Source: the human T2T-CHM13v2.0 reference genome, Homo sapiens
DNA length: 64,000 nucleotides
Assembly: GCF_009914755.1 (NCBI RefSeq)
Contig: NC_060928.1
Reading direction: 5' to 3' (one strand)
This document shows positions 13,841 through 31,340 of this stretch, piece after piece. Every line of letters starts with the position of its first letter. Position 1 is the first letter of the stretch. The notes under the pieces are model-generated. The model was not told where the DNA came from. It worked only from the letters and a program-made list of their open reading frames with translations, and did no database searches. A program made the position numbers and the translations under genes.

Positions 13841-14849
13841 CATATACAGAGCTTTCAAAGATGAAAACAAAGGAGATAATGAGAGATTATTCACTGACTA
13901 AGTGAACATCATGCCAAAGTTTTAACTTCATAAAGTGTTCTATATGAAAGAATTACATATTATAGAAGTTTCCTTCTTTAATTTTATATTATAAGCCTGT
14001 TTTCTAAGGCACCTTCTCAGCAAGTGTTCTCCTAGAAGTTCAACTTGATAGCATTTTGATCAAACTTACAAAGCTCCCCCATGATCCCAAAGTCAGCAAA
14101 TATCATAAACAGTATTCCCTAGACTCTTCACCAGTCGAGCACTGGACTCTTCAAAAATATTATATTTGCGTGAAGAGTTTAGACATGCCATGAAATGTAT
14201 CATAAAAATACCATAAAATGTTCTTAATTCAAAAACTTTTTAAAACTACGAAAATACCATTTTAAGTGACCAAACTGAATCATCAAATGGTCGAATTTTT
14301 CTGAACAAACCAACTATATAAAATACCTATGTGAGTTGTGATAGAATTTTGAATTAGCCTCATTGATTTGAATTTTGAAGACAAAGTCAAGATTATTTTC
14401 AAAAAGTGTACATGAATATTCATTTTTATCTGCAGAATGAATGTGTTCTTTCTGAAGTTTTTGCATTTGGCATAGACTATATTTTTATTCATTATATATA
14501 CCCTGCATTTGTAGACTAAGAAAATAGATGATTAAAATAAATATCTACAGATATTCTGACAAATCTGGATTTTGACAAGTCATACACTCTTAAAATTAGA
14601 AATTATGTAATTTTTTCTTTATGAGGATTTTAGTTGTCATTTATATAGAAAATTATTAACTGGAATTATTGCACTTATAACAGTTGCTCATACAGGCTGT
14701 AAGAAAATGTAGAGATTAGAGGAAAGTACAGCCAAAGGCAATTTATATATACTTTCCAATTTTTATTTTTTTCTATATATTTAAAATGTAATTAATTTTT
14801 CTAAGACTGCATGCTGGTTTATAGTTGATTCTTTTTTATTGTTTCCTGT

Positions 14850-15080
14850 GATTGTTTTGTTAACAAAGGTGTATTGGTTTACATGCACCAAAATTCACCC
14901 TTTTTAGTTGTATAGCCCAAGGAATTGTCACAAATACAGTCATTTAACTATCACCACTATCAAGCCACGGAATATTTCAGTAGCCCCCAACAAGTCCCCT
15001 ACTGCTCCTTTGTAGTCAGTCTCTAACCTTTGACAACACAGATGTGTTCTCTGCCTCTATAGTGGTGCCTTTTTCACAAT
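14850..15080 (-). mobile_element. Old L1M (L1MB/ME-like) 3' end
   Basis: AAAATTCACCCTTTTTAGTTGTATAG...TATCACCACTATCAAG...CTCCTTTGTAGTCAGTC resembles the L1M 3'UTR. Confidence 0.7.
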
Positions 15081-16234
15081 TATATGTCATTAATAAATTT
15101 TGAGTTTTGGCATAAGATACATTATCATTAATACTTACAAAATGTTGTTTCAAAGAGAAAAGCATATTCTTATAAAAATTTACTTTATTAATTTTTGCAC
15201 AGTATTGCTGTATTTAGGAGCTTAGGAGAAGAACAGGTAACAACTTTTCTTTAAATGTGTTTATTTTGTGGATGTTTTCTTCAGTTGGCTATAAAAATAT
15301 GTTTATCTTTCATCTCACCTGGCAAATGTAGATTTTTTTCATGTATTTTTATTTTCTCCTTGTTTGTTTTACAAACATGACCATTATGCAATTTAGGATT
15401 TGATAGCATACTCTCCTTATATTGTTAATCTAATCAGTACACACACTTGTTAATGTCTTAATACTGAGCCACTGAAATCTGAACAGAAACTGTCTCCTGA
15501 TAAGAGGCTCATAATGGACCAAAATCCAACATCCTAAGTACTTAATGGCTTGTATTTTATAAATTATGTGGGGCAAGGAGATTAAGTGATTTTTTTATAC
15601 ATAAATCAGAATAGTTTTAGAGAAACAGACATTCTCCATTGATCTTTACCAAGCATTGAGCACCATTGTTCCCAATCTTTTGGTGTTTGAGTTACTTTTT
15701 TCACATACTCAAACTATTTTTAACAGACTTAAATGAATTAAGAGACTCAAATAAGAGTTTATAAATGTTACAGTACCACAATATATACCATATACAAAAC
15801 CTCTGACAGTTGTTACACTTTTGGCTTGTTAGCTTTTCAGTGCTCCATGATGGCTTGAGAAGAAGGTTTACTTTTATCCTCAAGAGGTTAAGCCATTGCA
15901 TATTTCAGTAGCCTGGTGATCTTTCTTTAGAGTTACTGATCTTCCTTTTTTTCTCTCCTCCCCACGATGCTCCAACGTCAGACAAACAGTATAACAACAC
16001 ACTCACCACTAGCATATACCCCTTTTGCATTGTTTATGTTTATGATTTTCCCATTGTGGCTGCATTGCTGCTCCCGTGAAATCATCCGAACTGCCATGGC
16101 CAGGATTTAGTCTTAGGTCTTCACATACATTTTAGTTACTTAATGTTCTTGAAAACCTACAAACAAACTGGTTAAACAAGCAAAGAAATAACAGACGTAA
16201 AAGGAGAACGTTTGCTTTTAGTTAATGTTTTCAA

Positions 16235-18010
<1,776 letters not shown>

Positions 18011-18104
18011 GAAAAATTTGATTTTTAAAGCAGTAAGATGAAATTAACAAAATCAGCAAAATAATTTTGCTTTTAAAGTATGCTTCTTATATTAATAGTT
18101 TTGC

Positions 18105-18325
18105 TCTAGTATAGAGGAAAGAAAGCACAAAGATGTAGAAATAAACTACTATGTGGATTTGAATTTGAACTCGACCCTATATGTTCTGTGTGAGTGAGGC
18201 CCTTCACTTACCTGCTTTATAGATGAGTGATAATGCTTGTAAATTAAGTAGCATGTAATAGAGACTAAACAAGTTAAAGGGGTTCTCCAGTTAGCACTGA
18301 ATTTGTAGTTGTCCTAACAGTAGTA
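18105..18325 (+). mobile_element. Highly degraded MIR
   Basis: TAGTATAGAGGAAAG...TGGATTTGAATTTGAACTC...CTGTGTGAG weakly resembles MIR. Confidence 0.4.
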
Positions 18326-18783
18326 TTTCCTGAGTTTCACACTCCTGAGCACACATTTTCTTGATGTAGTGTTTTAAGAAATATTAATAGAATCTTCCAA
18401 AAAATCCTACTAAATTTCATAGAATGATTTATGTAACACGTTCTAGTTTCTTTGCTAGAAGGAAATATTTCTATTGCTTTATTAACAGGTGAAATCTTAA
18501 GTTGGTATAATTTGCCATATTTGTGAAGTGACAGTTTATAAGATACTGCAAGGTACCATATTTTGTGTGCCTAAAAATGCTTAACTATATCAATTGACAA
18601 CTATGAAAACTGAGCAAAAGCCATAGCATTTTGATTAAGCAGTTTTTTGGTAAAAACACTGTTCTGTGATGCAAGAATATAGATCAACCAAACGTGGTTC
18701 TATTTAGAGTTTGCTTAGCATATCACACAACTCTCTGTATCTAAATAATTTTCAGCATTCTTTTAGATGATTTTGGGGATTCT

Positions 18784-19723
<940 letters not shown>

Positions 19724-20750
19724 TCATTTTTTTTAGTTATGTATCTATGATTATCACCAATCTTCATGTACAAAACAGTTTCTATCTCTGGACCTCATTA
19801 TATAATAAGAGGAAGGATAGCATTGTTCTAAATATAGGTATAAAGAACACTTACGACTTGTGATTGATTAGGCTATCATGAAAATAAAGTATTTTACTAC
19901 TGTGTGATCTTATGAAGGCTGAATTAAAAAGAATTCATTAGTAATGTATTTCTTCATGATTATATGGCAAATATTTTCTGTGGTGAGTGTGCGCCCAAAA
20001 TAAATGACAAAAAAAGAAGGATAAATAACCATGGAAAATAGCAAATCTCTGTTAATACAGACTCTGAAGAAAAGGATATGCTAAATCATAGCCTGACATA
20101 TCTAACTTGTGTTCTCTGTTATTTAAGTAAACAATTGCCTCTAGCAGATGCATATAAAGATAAAATTACAGCTTATAAATACTCATTTCTCTTTTACAAA
20201 ATGAATGGAGAGGCATATCAAGATCAGTGATGAATAAATAGACAAATTTAGAGGCTACTTATTTGAATTAATCTGTAAGTCACTAAATTCATTTTTATAT
20301 GATACATAATTTTATAGGGTACCTAGTCTGAAAATTCATTTGCTCATATATTTTTCATTAAAATAGCTAAGTCATAAAATAGGTGCAGAGAGAAAAAATA
20401 TATCTGTTTGTCATACATACCTGCCAGAAAAAAAGAAACTATATGAAATTAAAATAATCAGTCCAAATATAAAAAAGCTAACAAGCAACACTAGAGAAAA
20501 CTTTAACCCATTACAAACTGTTTAATTTGAGGAAGGTATTTATTTAAATAACTTTTTTTGAAGACAAAAGTGTCCTTCTGCATTCAACTTTGTTGATCAT
20601 GAAAGTCCATCACAGGAAGGGCAGGGGCAGAAAAAATTTGATCAAAATCTTTTACATAATAAGGTATATATTTTCACTTATTAAGAAAATAGATTTTTAA
20701 TACTTTAGAAACATTATAGATTTATATACGTAGAAAATATTACAAATGTG

Positions 20751-23500
20751 TTTTTTCAACTCTTATTTTAAATTAAGGAGTACATGTGCAGAATGTGGAG
20801 GTTTGTTACATAGGTAAGCAAGTGCCATGGTAGTTTGCTGCATAGATCATCCCATCACCTAGGTATTAAGCCTAGCATCCATTGGTTATTCTTCCTGATG
20901 CTCTCCCTCTGCTCCTGACCCCCAGCAGGCTCCAGTGTGTGTTGTTCCCTGCCATGTGTCCATGTGTTCTCATCAATCAGCTCCCATTTATGAGTGAGAA
21001 TATGTGGTGTTTGGCTTTCTGTTCCTGCGTTAGTTTTCTGAAGATAACGACTTCCAACTCCTTTTATGTCCCTGCAAAGGACAAGGTCTCGTTCCTTTTT
21101 ATGGCTGCATAGTACTCCATGGTGTATAGGTATCACATTTTCTTTATCCACTCTATCATTAATGGGCACTTAGGTTTATTCCCTGTCTTTGCTATTATGA
21201 ATAGGGTTGTAATTATTTATATTCTTTTAGGTATATACCCAGTAATGGGATTGCTGGGTCAAATGGTGTTTCTGGTTCTAGGTCTTTGAGGAATTGCTAT
21301 GCTGTCTTCCACAATGACTGAACTAATTTACATTCCCACCAACAGTGTGAAAGCATTTCTATTTCTCCCAGCCTTACCAGCATCTGTTGTTTCTTGACTT
21401 TTTAATAATCACTATTCTGACTGGCATGAGATGGTAGCTCATTGTGGTTTGATTTGCATTTGTCTAATGATCAGTGATGTTGAGCTTTTTTTCATATATT
21501 TGTTGGCCACATGTATGTCTTCTTTTGAGAAGTGTCTGTTTTTGTCCTTTGCCCACTTTTTAATGGGGTTGTTTGTTTTTTTCTTGTAAATTTGCTTAAG
21601 TTCCTTACAGACTCTGGATATTAGACCTTTGTCAGATGAGTAGGTTGCAAACATTTTCTCCCATTCTGTAGGTTGTGTGTTCACTCTGATGATAGTTCCT
21701 TTTGCTGTGCAGAAGCTCTTTAGGTTAATTAGATCCCATTTGTCAATTTTGGCTTTTGCGGCAATTGCTTTTGGCATTTTATTCATGAAATCTTTGCCCA
21801 TGCCTATGTTTTGAATGGTATTTCTAGATTTTCTTCTAGTGTATTTATAGTTTTGGGTTTTATATTTAAGTCTTTAATCTATCTTGAGTTAATTTTTGTA
21901 TATGGTGTAAGGAAGGGATCCAATTTCAATTTTCTGTGTATGGCCAGCCAGTTATCCCAGCACCACTTGTTAAAAAGGAATCCTAATCCTTTCCCTATTG
22001 CTAATGTCAGGTTTGTCAAAGATCACATGGTTGTAGGTGTGCAGTCTTATTTCTGAGTTCTCTATTATTTTCCATTGGTCTATATGTCTGTTCTTGTGCT
22101 AGTAACATGCTGTTGGTTACTGTAGTCTTGCAGTATAGTTTGAAGTCGGTTAGCATGATGCTTCCAGTTTTGTTCTTTTTTTTAGGATTCTCTTGACTAT
22201 TCAGGCTCTATTTTGGTTCCATATAATTTTAGGGTAGTTTTTTTCTAATTCTGTGAAGAATGTCAATGGTAGTTTAATGAGAATAGCATTGAATCTGTAC
22301 ATTACTTTGGGCAGCATGGCCATTTTCACAATATTGATTCTTCCTATCCATGAGCATGGACTGGTTTGTCCATTTGTTGTTTCCTCACTGATTTCTTTGA
22401 GCAGTGGTCTGTCACTTCTCTTGTTAGCTATAGTCCTAGGTATTTTATTCTTTTTGTAGCAATTGTGAATGGGATTTCATTCATGATTTGGCTCTCTGTT
22501 TGCCTATTGTTGGTGTATAAGAATGCTAGCAATTTTGCACGATGATTTTGTATCCTGAGACTTTGCTGAAGTTGCTTATCATCTCAAGAAGCTTTTGGGC
22601 TGAGACAATGGGGTTTTCTAGATATAGGATCATATCATCTGCAAACAAAGATAATTTGACTTCCTCTCTTCCTACTTGAATACCCTTTATTTCTTTCTCT
22701 TTCCTGATTGCCCTGGCTAGAATGGGCAATACTCTGTTGAATAGGAATGGTGAGAGAGGGCATCCTTATCATGTGCCGGTTTTCAAGGGGAATGCTTCCA
22801 GGTTTTGCCCATTTGGTATGATATTGGCTGTGGGTTTGGCATATGTAGCTCTTATTATTTTGAGGTATGTTCCTTCAATACCCAGTTTATTGAGAGGTTT
22901 TTAACATGAAGGATGTTGACCTCTATTGAAGGCCTTTTCTGCATCTATTGAGATAATCACGTGTTTTTTTTTTCTTTAGTTCTGTTAATGTGATGAATCA
23001 CATTTATTGATTTGCGAATGTTGAACCAATCACCACTGACCCCACAGAAACACAAACAACCATCAGAGAATACTATAAACACCTCTATGCACATGAACTA
23101 GAAAGTCTAGAAGCAATTCCTGGACACATACACCCTCCCAAGACCGAACCAGGAAGAAATTGGATCCCTAAACAGACCAATAATGAGTTCTGAAATTGAG
23201 GCAGTAATAAATAGTCTACCAACCAAAAAAGCCCAGGACCAGATGGATTCACAGCTGAATTCTACCACAGGAATGAAGAGCTGATACCATTCTTTTGGAA
23301 ACTATTTCAAAAAAATAAAAAGGGGGACTCATTCTATGAGACCAGCATCATCCTGATACCAAAACCTGGCAGAGACACAACAGGAAAAGAAAATTCAGGC
23401 CAATATCCTTGATGAACATTGATGCAAAAGTCTTCAATACAATATTGGCAAACTGAATTCAACAACACATAAAACACCTTATCCACCTCAATGAAATTAA
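20751..23500 (-). mobile_element. L1PA (~PA8-13) with 5' inversion (twin priming)
   Basis: Antisense 3'UTR plus ORF2 at 20751-23029 (ORFs 21439-21801, 22526-22729 with RT motif LFADDMI); sense ORF2 piece at 23030-23500; TSD ACAAATGT(G/A)TTTT at 20742-20754 and 23503-23515. Confidence 0.92.
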
Positions 23501-23911
23501 CAACAAATGTATTTTACAGAATTATCTATAGATAATTCTATAAAAGTTTCTTTAGAAACTTCAGTATATCAAACTTGTATATGCTCATGTCAGCTCATAC
23601 AGTAAATGAAAACCACTATATTGTATTGTAAACACTTTATAATTAATTCATCTTTTTTTATATTTTAAGTGGGCATCTCAGGCCAAATGAATATGGTTAA
23701 TTGAACTGGCTAAGTTAAATCTGTTGCATTTTTTTACTGAAAATTTCTGCAGATAATAGATTCACATGAGAGAGGCACTGTATGCTCTACCCAGTTTTCC
23801 CTTTGGGAACTTTGTGTGAACTATAGAATCACAACCAGGATACTGACATTGATACAATTCCCCAATCTGACTTAGGTTTTGCCAGTTTTACAAGTACTTA
23901 TCTATGCACAC

Positions 23912-23935
23912 GTGTGTGTGTGTGTGTGTGTGTGC
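23912..23935. repeat. (TG)n microsatellite
   Basis: Seen directly. Confidence 0.95.
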
Positions 23936-24003
23936 GCGATTCTAATCAATTTTATCTCATGTATAGGTTCATGGAGTTGCCACTTGACTCAAGATGCTGA
24001 ATA

Positions 24004-24354
24004 CAGTCATGTGCTGCATAACTTTTCAGTCAATGACAGGCTGCATATACAACAGTCGTCCCGTCACGCTGTAATACCATAGTTTTACTGTACCTTTTCT
24101 ATATTTAGCTATGTTTAGATACACAAATACTTAACATTGTGTTACAGTTGTGCTACAGTTGCCCACAGGATTCAGTAGAGTCACATGCTGTACAGGTGTG
24201 TAACCTGGGAGCAATGGGTCATACCATATAGCCTAGGTGCCCAATAGGCTGCATCTAGGTTTGTATAAGTGCACTCTATGATATTTGCACAATAACAAAG
24301 TCACATAAGCATGCATTTCTCAGAATGTAGCTCTGCCATTAAGCCATGCATGAG
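24004..24354 (-). mobile_element. Tigger3a/MER7A-like non-autonomous TcMar DNA transposon
   Basis: TA|CAGTCATGTG...GCATGAG|TA ends; reverse-complement match to the copy at 61957. Confidence 0.85.
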
Positions 24355-25016
24355 TACAGTTTCATCTCCACAAAGCTCCCTCATGTTGCCCTTTTATATT
24401 CACATCCAACCCCTTCACGGTTCTCCCCCAGATCCCACCCCCACCTCCATCCCTAACCCCTAGCAAATGTGAAACTATTCTCTATTTATAGAATTATTTC
24501 AACAATGTTCTACAAATACAATAACACATTATGCAGTCTTTTGGGATTAGCTTTTTTTTTTCACTCAGCATAATTCCCTAGAGATTCCTCTGAGTTATTT
24601 TGTGTATCAAGAGTTTTCTCTTCTTATTGCTGGGTACTATTCCATGGTAGGCATGTGCCACAATTGGTTTAACCGTCCACAGGCTACAGGACATACTGGT
24701 TGTTTCTAGTTTTGGCTATTACAGTGAAGATGCTGTAAATATTTTTGAGAAGGTTTCTGAGTGAAAATAAGATTTTATTTCTCTGGGATAAATGGCCAAG
24801 AGTGCAATTTCTGGTTCATATTATAATTGCATGGTTAGTTTTATTACAGGCTGCCAACCTGTTTTCCAGAGTGTCTGTGCCATTTTACATTACCCGCCAG
24901 CAATGTATGAGGATCCAGATCTCCACGGCCTCACCAGCATTTGATGTTCACACCTGTTTGTTCTTATTTTAGCCATTCTGATAGGTGCATGATGATACTT
25001 CCCTGAGAGCTCTTTA

Positions 25017-25490
<474 letters not shown>

Positions 25491-26448
25491 ACTGCTTACA
25501 GTTCCTTTCAATTTTTAGTTGGGTTTAATTTGATTTTAGTTTGCCGGTTCTGATTGGATTTTTTTGTTTTTTTCATTGTTGAATTTGAAATTCTTCATAT
25601 AGTCCAGATACTAGTTCTTTGTCAGGTATTGAGTCGGCAATATTTGCTCCCAGTGTGCCTTTTATCTTTTCATCCTGTTCACAAAGTCTTTCACAGAACA
25701 AAAATTTTTACATTTAATGAGGTCCAGTTTACTTACATTTCCTTTTATGTGTCATGCTTTTGGTATCAAGTCTAAAAATTCTTTGCCTGGCCTTAGATCT
25801 CAAAGATGTTTTTCCTGTGTTCTTTTTTTCCCCTAGAAATGTCATAGTTTATGTTTTACATCTAAGTCCATGATCCATTTTGAATTAATTTTTGTACAAG
25901 CTATGAGGATTAGGTTGATGTTCAATTTTTCACCAATGAATGTCCAATTGCTTGGCATTATTTGTTGAATAGGCTGTCTTTACTTCCTTGAAGTGCTTTT
26001 GTACTTTTGTCAACAATCAGCTGAACATACTTGTGCTGGTCAATTTCTAGGTTCTCCATTGTGTTTTATTGATCTATATGTCTATCTCTCCACCAGTACT
26101 AAACTATCTTGACTACTGTAGCTTTTGAGGAGTAAGACTTAAAATCAGAGTAATGCCTCCCCCTTCATTTTTCTTGGAATGATTATTATAGCTCAAGGTC
26201 ATTGTGATTATTTTAGGGCCTATACCTTTCTATATAAATTTTAGAAAAAGCATATCTATTTCTACAAAATCCTTGCTGAAATTTTGATGGGAATGACATT
26301 AAAACTGTAAATCAATTTGGGAGATGATGGACATCTTTATTATGAGACTTCCAATCCTTGAGCACTGTAATTCTTGCTATTATTTAGATCTTTTAAAAAT
26401 TCCTTTCTTCAGTGTTCTGTAGTTTTCAGCATATCAATTCCATACATG

Positions 26449-26738
26449 TTTTTGTTTTAGAGACACTCACTTTATTGTCAAGGCTGGAGTACAGTGACAT
26501 GACCATAGCTCACTGGAGCCTCAAACTCGGGTTCAAGCAATATTCCCACTTCAGCCTCCCAAGTAACTGGGACCACAAGTACGTTCATCACACCCTGCCA
26601 GTTGAAAAAAAAATTAATCTTTTGTGGAGACAAGGCCTCCCTTTGTTGCCCAGGCTGGTCTTGAACTCCTAGCTTCAAGCAGTCTTCCCACCTCAGCCTC
26701 CCAAAGTGCTGAGATTACAGGCACTACTGCACCTGGCC
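26449..26738 (-). mobile_element. AluJ
   Basis: CATAGCTCACTGGAGCCTCAAACTC J-type diagnostics; TSD ATACAT(G/A)TTTT. Confidence 0.88.
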
Positions 26739-27467
26739 CTATACATATTTTAAGTGTACACTTAACATATTTAATTTTCTTTGGGTGACTAAAATGATAC
26801 TGGCACTAGTCATTGTTAGTATAAACAAATATGATGTTTTTTGTGTGTTGATCTTTCATCCCAAGACTCTTCTGAACTTGCTTAGTTCTAATTCATTTAT
26901 TAGTTCTATGAACGGTTTTTGTAGACTTTTCAGGTTTTTAAAATGTAAACAATCTTGTCATTTTCAAAGAGAAACAGCTTAATTTATTTTCTTTCCTATT
27001 TGTCTTTTACTTATTTTACTTACCTGACTGCTTTGGCTAGAATACTTAGCACTATTTTGAATAAAAGTGGTGACAGAAGACATTTTTACTTTGTTCAATA
27101 TCTTAGGGGAAAAGTATCCAGTCTTCCAACATTATATGTGACATTAGCTGTAGGTTTTTTCTAGATGTTCTTTGTGGAGTTGAGGTAATTCTTTATCCTT
27201 ATTTTGATGGAAGTTTTTTATCATTGGTGAATGTTAGATTTTATTAAATACCTTTTTGTTTACAATTGCTATGATCATCTGACTTTTTTTCTCTACCTCA
27301 TTATATGGTGCTTCATATAAATTGATTTTCAAATATTGAACCAGGTTTCCAAACCTGGAATGAATCCCATTTGGTTATGGTGCTTAATTATTTCTATCCA
27401 TTGTTAGATTTGGCTTGCTAAATTTGGTTGACAATTTCTGTGGCTAAATTCGTGACAGATATTGACA

Positions 27468-27600
27468 TATATTATATATATGCATATATATACACACGTA
27501 TATATATACACATGTGTATATATGTATATACATACGTGTGTGCATATATATGTGTATATATATACGTATATATATTTTATATATTATATGTGTTATATAT
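27468..27600. repeat. (TA)/(TG)/(CA) compound microsatellite
   Basis: Seen directly. Confidence 0.9.
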
Positions 27601-28737
27601 GTTTCTCGGTATTATATTTGTTAGATTTAGATGCCATAATACTGGCATCATAAAATGAATAGAAAAGTGTTTTCTCCTCTTCTATTTTCTTTATAATTAG
27701 TATTATATTTTCTTTAAATATTAGTAGAACTTTCTGATAAATTCACCTGGGCCCAGAGATTTTTTTTCAAAGTCTTTAATTATAATTTCAATGGCATTAA
27801 TGATTATATAACTATTTAAGTATTTTATGTTGACTAGGTTTTGAGCTTGTTGTTTTCCAGAAATTAGTCCATTTCTTTGAAGTTGTGGAATTTATGAACA
27901 TAAAGCTGTTCGTAGTGTTTCCGTATCATCCTTTATCATGCCTACAGTGTGTTTTCTTATGGGAGAAGGGAGCCTCAGTCCATGAAAACATTTCCTGGCT
28001 TAGCACCTAAGGGGGTGATCCTCCCTGATTGTTTGGGATGGAGCGAACTTTCTGAGTTGGGCACCTTTGCAGCAGGATCCCCTTATTCATGCCACCTCCT
28101 CAGCCCCTTCCCATTCTGCTCCATAGTCTCTGGGCTGAGCAGGTGGGTCTCAGGCCTGAAGATCAAAGAGGCATCCTGGGCCGGGACACTTGTTGTGACT
28201 AGGTCCCATGCTGGTCCCTCACCCACCTCTGCTCAGGTGCTCCACCTCAGCATCTCTTGGCATGGAGGGGAGCTTCATGCATATGGGGATGGAGAATATG
28301 GACTTTCCTGGTCACTTGGTGTTAGCAAATCTTCTGATTGATCTCCCTCTCCAGTGGTACCTGGCTCACCTGTTGTCAGGACTCCTGTTTGGTATCCAGA
28401 AGAAGAATGAGCCTACCTCAGCTACCTTCTGCTGCTGGATTAGGGGTCTAGGTCATCTTCTGTTGGGTATGAGGACATAAAATGCCCAGCCCATGCTGTT
28501 CCTTTAGGCCTGGGGTTCCAGACCAACTACCTTCTTCTTACTACCTTTCTGAGCTGCTCCGTGTTTACTTCTTGAATCATTTCCAGTGTTAAAATTGTGC
28601 TTATCAGGGAGGAATGAGGAAAAGCATGCCTATGCCATTATGTCTGTTCCAGAAGTCTGTATTTGATCGTTAAAAGATCAAATTCTTTTGTTTCACTTGT
28701 AAAATTGAAATAAACAGTAATTTGACTAGACTGCCTA

Positions 28738-28766
<29 letters not shown>
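28738..28766. repeat. (CA)n microsatellite
   Basis: Seen directly. Confidence 0.95.
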
Positions 28767-28768
<2 letters not shown>

Positions 28769-29076
28769 AAAAGACCATAATCATTTTTTATTTTTATTCA
28801 GCAAAATTCAAGCACAAATATTAAAACTTTCAACAATGCACTGTCTACTTAGATTTTGACCTGGAATGTTTTAAAACCTTATAACTTTAAAATAATTTAA
28901 AGGACTTAGAAGTGTATCAAATATTTATTTCCCTTTATCCATTACATAAATCCAGGTATATACTAGGTCAAAGATGCATCTTTCATATTTCTCAACCATT
29001 GTGAATAATTAATATGTGCAATTAACAACACCTTATCATTGCTTCTTTCTAGACCACACAACTGACATATGTGCTC

Positions 29077-29224
29077 TGTGTGTGTGTATATATACATATG
29101 TATGTATAAATGATATATACATCTGTGTGCATAAATATATAAACAGGCAAGTATATAGGAAAAATATGTAAAAACATATGTATATATGTGTGTGTGTGTA
29201 TATGTGTATATACACACACACACA
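29077..29224. repeat. (TG)/(TA)/(CA) compound microsatellite
   Basis: Seen directly. Confidence 0.9.
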
Positions 29225-29379
29225 TTTTCTTTCAGCATTTTTTCTATTTTTTGGCTCAAATTGTGTTGGTCCCTATGGGATTCATCTTTGCTAGAAATAC
29301 TATTTCTCCTACTGTTTCTTTTTGTGTACATCAATATCATTAAATGCAATGTTTAGTTAGTGTTAACAACTGCTCTTTT

Positions 29380-29560
29380 AATGAACATTATCTAATTGAA
29401 TATTCACAATAAGCCTATAAGGACAATGGCACTGCGATTCCCATGTCAAAGAAAAAGGCACCCCAATTTAGAGAGGTTATTTCAATTGTCCAAGCTCAAA
29501 TAGTACTGGAGTGCCAGGATTCAAGACAAGTTAATCCTACTGCAGAGTCTCTGTGATGCT
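29380..29560 (-). mobile_element. MIR
   Basis: ATTCACAATAAGCCTATAAGG...TTTAGAGAGGTTA...TGTCCAAG...GCCAGGATTCAAGAC. Confidence 0.7.
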
Positions 29561-31014
29561 ACAGTAGACTGAGTTGCAGAATTTCTGTTTGCAGACTCAT
29601 CTTGAGTAGCAGTTGTTTATTTGATTGCTGCTTACTTTCTTCTTCCTTCCTCTTTGCTTTCGCTCTTCTCCATTTTGCAGATTGATAGTTGCTTCCATTT
29701 ACCCCTCCTGATCTAAAGCTAGTGCCATAGTAACAAACAAATTTCTCTTCTAAAAAATCTAAAGTTGTTCATTATCTATCCCTTCCTGGACGGTGACAAG
29801 AACCTTTTCATGATTTGTGTTGAACAATCACCCGCCTCACCTCTCATGTTATTCTTTATAACTTCTCCAACTTTTTAAATGACAAAAGCTATTATTTAAT
29901 AGTCAAAAGTTAATTAAATTATCTAATATGTTCTCTATATTTGTGGGAACACATTTCTTCTGCCAGCCACTCTACATCTTTTGAAGCATATTTTGTAGTT
30001 TGTTTTTCAAAGGTGGTCTGTATTTAATGGAGGAACATTCTTGCCTACTTTCTCTTTTATCTCTGCTTCTCCATAATTCCTTCACTGTTGATGTTTTTTG
30101 GCGGGGGGAGAAGAGTATTTTCTGGAACTCCTATTAGACTTCCTTAGAACTTTTTAATCATTATCATATTTTTTGGTCCTAAACACCTTGATCACATCTT
30201 CCTTTACTAATCTTTCCTCCACTTACTCTGGCTTTCTGCTGTTCCAAAAATACATGATGTGTATTCCCACCAAGTCTTAAATGAAAAACATTTCTCAAAA
30301 TATACCCTTGGCTCAATATCTCTCTCCTTTTGATACTGACCTACCTTGACCTATTTTTTTTTTCTTTTGAGGCTTTCTGACCAATTTCCTCACTTTTTTT
30401 ATACTCCACATGTACTTTTTTCATTTATTTCTGTTTTTGTTACATTATTTCTTGTCTTGTATAACACATTATTTCATTGTTACCCTTTATTTTAAACATA
30501 CTTATTTCAAATTCATTTAAAACTGATCTGCCACTTCTTACAAATCTTGAATGATTTCATTTTCTAATTGTTGATTTTTTTTTGTTGGGGGAGGTGTCTT
30601 TAACATTAGCCTTTTTATTTGTTTTTAATTTTTGGTTTGCAGGCTTATGTTTAATTAAATTCTCTCTCTGCTCAGCCCTGCAAGTATTAGAGTCTAGGAT
30701 TCTTTCATTTGTCTTTAACTAAATATACAGGGCCCCATTTCATAATCACGGTCCTATGTTAGCAGGTTGGGGCTTTAGTTACTCCTCTTCTGGGGCTCAG
30801 TTGTAGTAGGGCACATTATTCTGCAGGATGAATATGACTCATTGGCTCTGCCTCCCTTTGCTTTCAAACCATGTTGCATTTTGAGTGTATTTTTATAGAA
30901 AATTTTTTTAATTTTTTAATATTATTTTAACCCATAATCTGTTGACTTGGTAACACCATGGAGGATGGTATCAAGCATGACATCATCACGTTATCTTGGC
31001 CTAAAATTTATTTG

Positions 31015-31340
31015 ATTAATATTTTCATTTAATGCCAGCCATGAGTCAGGGTCACTCTCCCAGGCACTGAACTATACAAATTTGCAGATTTCAGAGCATT
31101 AGAGAAGGAAGAAAAATAATGAACAAATAATAAGTGCTATGAATTATGAATAAAACAGGACATAGGAATGAGAATGGAATGCTGTTTTTAATAGAGTGGT
31201 AAAAAGAGAACTCATAATAGCAAGACATTTGAGTGCAGATGTGACTCAACCTGAGTAATAAGCTAAGTGGTATCTAAGAAAAGGTATTTGCAAAAAGAAA
31301 ATAGCAAACGCAAAGGCCCTGTTCAAGGAACAGCAAGGAG
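31015..31340 (-). mobile_element. L2 fragment
   Basis: TAAGTGCTATGAA...GACATTTGAGTGCAGA...AATAGCAAACGCAAAGGCCCTG. Confidence 0.6.

Noticed and set aside
20855-22904. Cluster of ORFs on both strands
   Set aside because: Decayed L1 ORF2 and its antisense frames.
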